A stretch of DNA of 62,205 nucleotides, the filler included, from a bacterium (lineage in GTDB: Bacteria; UBA9089; CG2-30-40-21; SBAY01): NCBI GenBank assembly GCA_040757115.1. It is 5 parts of 5 records of this genome, joined end to end, with 100 filler letters (N's around TTAATTAATTAA, not from the genome) between each part and the next. Parts side by side here need not be neighbours in the genome. Positions count along the whole stretch, not along the records: positions 54,653 to 62,205 come from JBFLYA010000181.1; 4 more parts are not named here. The stretch is one strand, 5' to 3'. Both the position numbers and the translations under genes were made by a program. Shown here piece after piece: positions 56,838 through 62,205 of the stretch (position 1 is its first letter; the number at the start of each line of letters is the position of its first letter). The notes beneath the pieces were generated by a model that saw only the letters and a list, made by a program, of their open reading frames with translations, had not been told where the DNA came from and did no database searches.

Positions 56838-58754
56838 TTACGATTTATATTTATACGCCATTTCAATTCCATGTCTGGCTTTGGAATAGCCAGGGTCTAT
56901 CTCTAATGCTTGCTTGAACTTTTCAATCGCCTGGTCATACATTTTTAACATATAATAAAAACTACCAATATTATAATAACTTTGCGGGTAGATTGAGATG
57001 AGCGATTGAGTTCGTTCATCTTTAAATATCCTTTTATCAACTACCCCTCGACATAAAAATCCTTTATTTTTATCCAGCTCTTTTTTAAATTTCTCTCCAG
57101 GGACATCTTTTTCCAATACCTTGCAGAATACCCCTTGAGGAATCAAAGAATAGTTTGTAGCCATAGCAAAATCATAAGTTTTGTAAATAGTATAAGAATT
57201 AATATTATTGGTGATAATATTGTAGATTCGCTCTATTCTAATTTTTTCCAGCTGCCGCGTTTTCACCCCTAACATATCCTGAATTTCAAAAGTAAAGGCT
57301 AAATCAGGATATTTATCTTTCCATGTTTGAACATACCAATCATAATGAACTGCCAGAAATGGAACATCAATAAAAACTGCCTTCGGATGTCTTTGTTCTA
57401 CATAATGACTATACCACAGAGGAAAGGCAGTGTCATCTGTTTCCAGAAATATTATAGATTTTTCTTCCATTGGGGTTAGAATATTCCTGACCAAATCAGA
57501 GGCAAAGTAGTATTGACTTCGATTACTCTCAGGATAATTGGTAGTTAAAGGAATAATTGGCAGAGATAGGAATAAAAAATAAATAATCCCAATGTTTTTC
57601 TTATTACTCTTCATCAACCAGAGCAGAAGATATTGGACACCAACTCCCATCCAGATAGCAAAGACCATAAATGCTGGTAAATAATAATCTTGAATATTGG
57701 GGATGTTATAAAATAATGAATAAAGGATATTGGTTATTAAAATCAAAGATAAAAAGACAAAAAGACGCATTGAATACTTACAGACAAAAAACCCACCTAT
57801 TAACCCAAACCAGATGAGATAAATCGTCCATTGATGTGGGAAAAATTGGGCTAAAGAGGTGTAGAGACGACCAACGGCTTCAGAGATTTCAAAGTATCCA
57901 CCAAATTGCTCAGCGGTGATATGTTCTATAAACCTTTTCCATGTATCCGGGTCTCCCATATTAACAAGTGGATTAACTATTGCCCGCAAAGGAAGATAGA
58001 GATATAAGAAAAGAGGGGTGATGAAACAGCAAAGAAGTTTGACTGAAGAATGAAGGGTGATGAGTGATGAATATCTACATTTATAACATTCAGTCAGGAT
58101 AAAGAATATGCTTGCTGGAATTAAGTAGATAGTTTGCATGTGGTGGGTAAAGGATAACCCGAGAGTGAAGGCGAAGAGATAGAGATATGATTTTGGGTTA
58201 CACCCAATAACTCCTTCGTGCCATTTTAGTAAGATGAAGATTACGAAGGTGACAAACAAGGCGTTGAGTGTGTATTTTTCAGCAATTACTGCTTGTTGCC
58301 AGAAGGTAGAGGCAAAGGCAAGCATTAATGCCCCAACTATGGCCGAAATGAGATTAGAAATAGAAATGGAGAAAGGAAGAATCGGAGAATCAGAGAAATC
58401 TTTTTTTACTGTCCACTGTTTACTGGTCACTGCCAACTTTAAAATGATAAAATACACCATCATACAAGATAAACCCGCACATAGAGCCGAGAGCATATTC
58501 ATCCGATAGGCAATATTACCTATCGGTAGAATAGTCATCCATAGTTTTCCAAGTAAACAATAGAGTGGATAACCAGGTGGATGTGGAATACCCAGAAGAT
58601 ATGCACAGCTAATTAATTCACCAGTATCCTGAAGTGCCACATCCGGGGTAAGGGTTTTTAAATAGGTAAAAAAGGAGAGTAAAAATACAAGAATTCCACC
58701 TATCTGTCCATAATCTGGTTTAATATTCTTCTTTTTTAGTTTCCTCTTTCCCAT
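56838..58754 (-). CDS. DUF2723 (TMEM260-like GT-C) membrane glycosyltransferase with C-terminal TPR
   Basis: DTGEL, GIPHPPGYPLY, FWQQAVIAEKY, YLYLPLR, TPR tail. Confidence 0.85.
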   Translation of the reverse strand: MGKRKLKKKNIKPDYGQIGGILVFLLSFFTYLKTLTPDVALQDTGELISCAYLLGIPHPPGYPLYCLLGKLWMTILPIGNIAYRMNMLSALCAGLSCMMVYFIILKLAVTSKQWTVKKDFSDSPILPFSISISNLISAIVGALMLAFASTFWQQAVIAEKYTLNALFVTFVIFILLKWHEGVIGCNPKSYLYLFAFTLGLSFTHHMQTIYLIPASIFFILTECYKCRYSSLITLHSSVKLLCCFITPLFLYLYLPLRAIVNPLVNMGDPDTWKRFIEHITAEQFGGYFEISEAVGRLYTSLAQFFPHQWTIYLIWFGLIGGFFVCKYSMRLFVFLSLILITNILYSLFYNIPNIQDYYLPAFMVFAIWMGVGVQYLLLWLMKSNKKNIGIIYFLFLSLPIIPLTTNYPESNRSQYYFASDLVRNILTPMEEKSIIFLETDDTAFPLWYSHYVEQRHPKAVFIDVPFLAVHYDWYVQTWKDKYPDLAFTFEIQDMLGVKTRQLEKIRIERIYNIITNNINSYTIYKTYDFAMATNYSLIPQGVFCKVLEKDVPGEKFKKELDKNKGFLCRGVVDKRIFKDERTQSLISIYPQSYYNIGSFYYMLKMYDQAIEKFKQALEIDPGYSKARHGIEMAYKYKS

Positions 58755-58803
58755 ATTTTAAAATATTATCAGAGGAATTCACTCTTGTCAAATCTTTTTT
58801 TGG

Positions 58804-59134
58804 GTAAGCGTTCAGCCACAGAGGCACAGAGTTCACAGAGAATTAAGGAAATTAACCACAAATGCACACGAATTAACCTCTGACATCCCATAAATGTAGT
58901 GCGAATCTTTAGGTTCGCCTTTTGGCTTGCCAGAAGCGAGGCTAAAGCCTCATACTACAAATTTTTTCCACCTGTGCAATTAGACTAATTCATCGCAGAG
59001 ACGCAAAGGAAAATAAATGTAAAATGTAAAACAGGAAATGAAAAATGGGAAATTTTAGTCCTTCGCAAGACTCATTACCTTTCAGTTATACATTTTCATT
59101 TTACATTATCCATTTTACATTTAACCGCACAGGT
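58804..59134. mobile_element. IS66-type MITE with REP doublet (58896-58958) abutted by an ACCTGTGC MITE (58970-59134)
   Basis: Inverted homologs of 25708-25949 and 169-342. Confidence 0.8.
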
Positions 59135-59233
59135 CGAATTTTTTTAAGAAATTCTTGGTCAGCCTCTTGACAAATTTAAAGAAATATGGTATGTTAATCC
59201 CACATTAACTTTTGAGAGAAAAAGGTTTGTTAG

Positions 59234-59595
59234 AGGAGAAACGCTCATGCCCCTGCAGGGCACAAACGAAGATGAAAATGGGTTTGATGGTTTGATGGTT
59301 CAGGTGAAATCAGGCTGAAGCCTGCGGCTACCAGCCTTCTCGAGTCCCGAACCCCGAGTCCCGAGTCCCGAATTTAAGGGGGAATAAACTTGCTTTTCAT
59401 CGGTTCCTTGGTCTATGGTCTATGGTCTCTAGTCTATTTTCAGGAGAAACGGTCATGAACCGTGGGTTCACAAATGAGGATGAAAATAGTAGGTAGGAGA
59501 TAGAAGGTGGGAGGTAAGGAGATAGGCGTGAGGAGTGATGTTTTCTTTACTTTCTACTTTCTACTCTCTACTCTCTACTTCCTATTTTCAGGAGA
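59234..59595 (+). mobile_element. Tandem pair of AGGAGA-type MITEs in the RBS of nhaD
   Basis: AGGAGA at 59234, 59442 and 59590 delimit two units beginning AACG(C/G)TCATG and ending ATTTTC. Confidence 0.82.
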
Positions 59596-59600
59596 ATTAT

Positions 59601-60884
59601 ATGATGATGATTATGGTTGCAGTTGTATTTGTGCTTGCCTACACAATGATAGCCTTTGAATATTCGCTGAAGATTAACAAATCTGCCATTGCCCTGCTTG
59701 CCGCAGGCTTGATGTGGACACTGTATTCTTTTGCCAGCCCGCTTGGAGTGGAAGTCGTAAACCATCAGCTTACCGAAAATTTGGCTGAAACAGCGGCAGT
59801 CGTATTCTTTCTTATATGCGCTATGACTATTGTGGAAATAATTGACTCCCATGGAGGGTTTGAAGTCATTACCTCGCGGATTAAGGCAAAAAAACTCTTA
59901 AGCCTGCTCTGGATTATCGGATTCATTACTTTTTATCTATCAGCAATTCTCGATAATATGGCCACAACTATCGCGATGATTGCCTTAATGAAGCGATTGC
60001 TCAAGGAACGTAAGCAGAGACTCTTTTTTGCAGGCATCATCGTCATTGCGGCAAATGCAGGCGGAGCATGGAGTCCTATGGGCGATATAACCACTACTAT
60101 GCTCTGGATAGGCGGACAGATTTCCACTGTTAATATTATAAAAGGTGTATGGCTTCCTTCTATGCTCAATTTGGTGGTTCCCCTTATAATAACTTCTTTC
60201 TTCCTGAAGGGAAACATTGTGCCGCCAGATGATATAGAAGATAGAGCGACAAACATCTCGCAATTTGAGAAAAACCTGATGTTTTTTATTGGTATAGGTG
60301 CTTTGATTTTTGTCCCGATATTCAAGGCAATAACGCATTTACCTCCCTATCTTGGCATTCTGTTTACTCTTGGCATAGTCTCGCTGACCAGCAATATCCT
60401 GCATCGCCATAAGTCTGATGAGGAAAAAGAGCATCTCACCCTAACCAGGGCGCTTAAGAAAATTGATATGGCATCGGCTATATTCTTTATAGGCATTTTG
60501 CTTGCTGTGGCTACGCTTTCCGCAAATGGCATGCTTCCTGCTCTGGGGCATTGGCTTGATGCTAAAATCGGTAGTCAGGCTCTAATTGTCATTATCGTGG
60601 GGTTTGCTTCAGCAATAGTAGGTAATATTCCTCTTGTAGCGGCTTCTATGGGAATGTATCCTCTTTGTCAATTTCCGCAGGACTCTCTTATTTGGGAGAT
60701 TATGGCTTATTGTACCGGTACCGGAGGTTCGATTTTGATAATCGGTTCAGCGGCGGGTGTGGCGGCAATGGGTTTAGAGAAAATCGAGTTCTTCTGGTAT
60801 GCCAGCCGTATTGGTCCTCTTGCCTTTATTGGATATTTTTGCGGAATAGTGGCTTATCTAATTCAGTATAATCTCCTGCATTGA
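59601..60884 (+). CDS. nhaD: NhaD-type Na+/H+ antiporter
   Basis: INKSA.AL, AMTIVEIIDSHGGF, SAILDN, ANAGGAWSPMGDITT, GTGGSILIIGSAAGVAAMG. Confidence 0.88.
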   Translation: MMMIMVAVVFVLAYTMIAFEYSLKINKSAIALLAAGLMWTLYSFASPLGVEVVNHQLTENLAETAAVVFFLICAMTIVEIIDSHGGFEVITSRIKAKKLLSLLWIIGFITFYLSAILDNMATTIAMIALMKRLLKERKQRLFFAGIIVIAANAGGAWSPMGDITTTMLWIGGQISTVNIIKGVWLPSMLNLVVPLIITSFFLKGNIVPPDDIEDRATNISQFEKNLMFFIGIGALIFVPIFKAITHLPPYLGILFTLGIVSLTSNILHRHKSDEEKEHLTLTRALKKIDMASAIFFIGILLAVATLSANGMLPALGHWLDAKIGSQALIVIIVGFASAIVGNIPLVAASMGMYPLCQFPQDSLIWEIMAYCTGTGGSILIIGSAAGVAAMGLEKIEFFWYASRIGPLAFIGYFCGIVAYLIQYNLLH

Positions 60885-61084
60885 GACTTGAATGCTTCAC
60901 CGAGAATTGCTGAGGGTTAAGGATTTTTGTTGACAATAGGGAAAGATTATGGTAACATATTCCCATAATGGGCAAAAGTGAAGGTAATATCTGAATTCGA
61001 GCAAAGCAAGAATTCGTAAGAATGTTGCGTCCGCAAAATGTTGCGAAGCAAAAAATGTCCCCAAAAGCAAATTACTATCAGTGG

Positions 61085-61583
61085 AGGAGAAACGCTCATG
61101 CCCCTGCAGGGCACAAATGACGATGAAAATAGGGAGGGAACACACCCCTACACCCCTCTCAAGAGGGGAATATAACAGTTATTAGTCAAAACTTTACTCA
61201 GAGTGGATAATAAAAAAATCCCAAATCTCAAGCACCAAATTCCACATACCAAAAAGCGAATTAGAGATTAGTGAATTAGAGATTAGATTTTACTAATTCG
61301 CTAATTCGCTTAATTCACTAATTCACTAATTGGAATTTGGAATTTGTGATTTGGAATTTCAGAGCCATATCTATGTCAAATTTTGATTAATAAGTGCTAT
61401 ACAACCCCCTACCCCCCTTTGTTAAGGGGGAATAAACTTATGGTCTGTGGTCTATTTTCCGGAGAAACGCTCATGCCCACAGGGAGTGGGCACAAAGGAG
61501 GATGAAAATCGGGCATAGAGATTAGAGATTAGCAAGAGTGCAGGTTCTAATTCTCTAATCTCTAATTAACTATTTTCAGGAGA
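61085..61583 (+). mobile_element. Tandem pair of AGGAGA-type MITEs in an RBS; first unit contains a nested TATAG MITE (61171-61401)
   Basis: (A)GGAGA at 61085, 61461 and 61578; ATG follows at 61589. Confidence 0.82.
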
Positions 61584-61588
61584 CCTTT

Positions 61589-62071
61589 ATGAAAAACCGA
61601 TTACTAAGATTTTTATTCATTGCAGTAGTTTTCCTAACATTATTCTCAATAGCAAGTAGTGTATATGGTTCTACCGAACCATATACACTACCAGCAACAG
61701 AAAAAGATTTACAGCTTCCATGGTGGGCATGGTCAATTATTTTACTCGTCTTCACATTTATACTTGGAATTCTGGCTGTACTTGGCGGCGTTGGAGGTGG
61801 TGTCTTGTTCGTCCCGCTTGTTGGAGGATTTTTCCCCTTTCATATTGACTTTGTCAGGGGCGCTGGTCTTATAGTAGCACTCTCTGGCACCCTTGCAGCA
61901 GGCCCTGGACTTCTCAAGAGAAATCTTGCAAGTCTGCGTCTTGCCCTTCCAGTAGCACTGATTGCATCAACAGTAGCAATAGTAGGCGCAATGATAGGGC
62001 TTGCCCTTCCTGCATATTTAGTCAATATCCTTCCCGGTACAACCATAATACTCGATGTTCAAATTTTTTAG
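61589..62071 (+). pseudogene. TSUP/TauE-family permease truncated by an element end at 62051
   Basis: GVGGGVLFVP, FVRGAGL; only 160 aa; CTCGATGTTCAA end also present inverted at 47099-47110. Confidence 0.72.
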
Positions 62072-62205
62072 TTTTAGAGGCATAAAGTCCTTATTTTTAT
62101 TTTAGCTCAAGTGAGACAATATGCTGTTCTCCATTTCAAGAAAGGGGTTGATTCCAAATGTCCCCACTCTCGATTGACCATATGTTTCTTAGAAGCAGTT
62201 AATTG

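Noticed and set aside
59535-59600. N-terminal extensions of NhaD, the pyrophosphorylase (44777-44845), GT4 (25365-25424) and MurD (13643-13669)
   Set aside because: Translated MITE sequence lying upstream of the more plausible start.
59167-59600. Sodium or other riboswitch upstream of nhaD
   Set aside because: The structured sequence recurs before unrelated genes and is accounted for by the MITEs.
59234-61583. Conserved repeat with variable spacers read as CRISPR or integron attC array
   Set aside because: Only two units per locus, spacers are long, unequal and made of other repeats, and there is no cas gene, integrase or GTTRRRY box; better explained as stacked MITEs.

Overview
Low-GC bacterial draft or metagenome-assembled sequence made of five contig pieces joined by artificial N44-TTAATTAATTAA-N44 linkers (7681-7780, 15370-15469, 46886-46985, 54553-54652). 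Gene content: a 2283-aa secreted beta-helix repeat protein; part of the dcw cluster (mraY-murD-ftsW-murG-ATPase-murC); a doubled, circularly permuted FapA/DUF342 protein; tRNA-Gly; an OppB-type permease; glnS; an eroded glycan operon containing two MNT-HEPN toxin-antitoxin pairs; a pseudaminic-acid-type cluster; a eukaryote-type UDP-sugar pyrophosphorylase; an FG-GAP surface protein with PorV/PorQ; DUF2723; NhaD; a truncated TSUP; and IS110, IS66 and IS1634 transposases. The most interesting signal is non-coding. (1) Directly downstream of the IS110 recombinase lies a 141-nt structured element (45054-45194, minus) with two covarying guide-like loops. One loop matches the junction of a family of miniature elements and the other matches one of their insertion sites. 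These elements sit at AGGAGA Shine-Dalgarno sequences and regenerate them, which suggests a bridge-RNA-guided, RBS-targeting IS110/MITE system. (2) Most larger intergenic gaps hold nested MITEs (GTAA-ended IS66-type with 8-bp target duplications, TATAG-ended, and others). They carry inverted arms of 7-9-nt periodic repeats and deleted relics of four-helix-bundle and GxxExxY genes. (3) A microsatellite-containing leader peptide followed by a terminator upstream of the giant surface protein looks like a phase-variable attenuator. All calls come from reading the sequence by eye; no searches were run.
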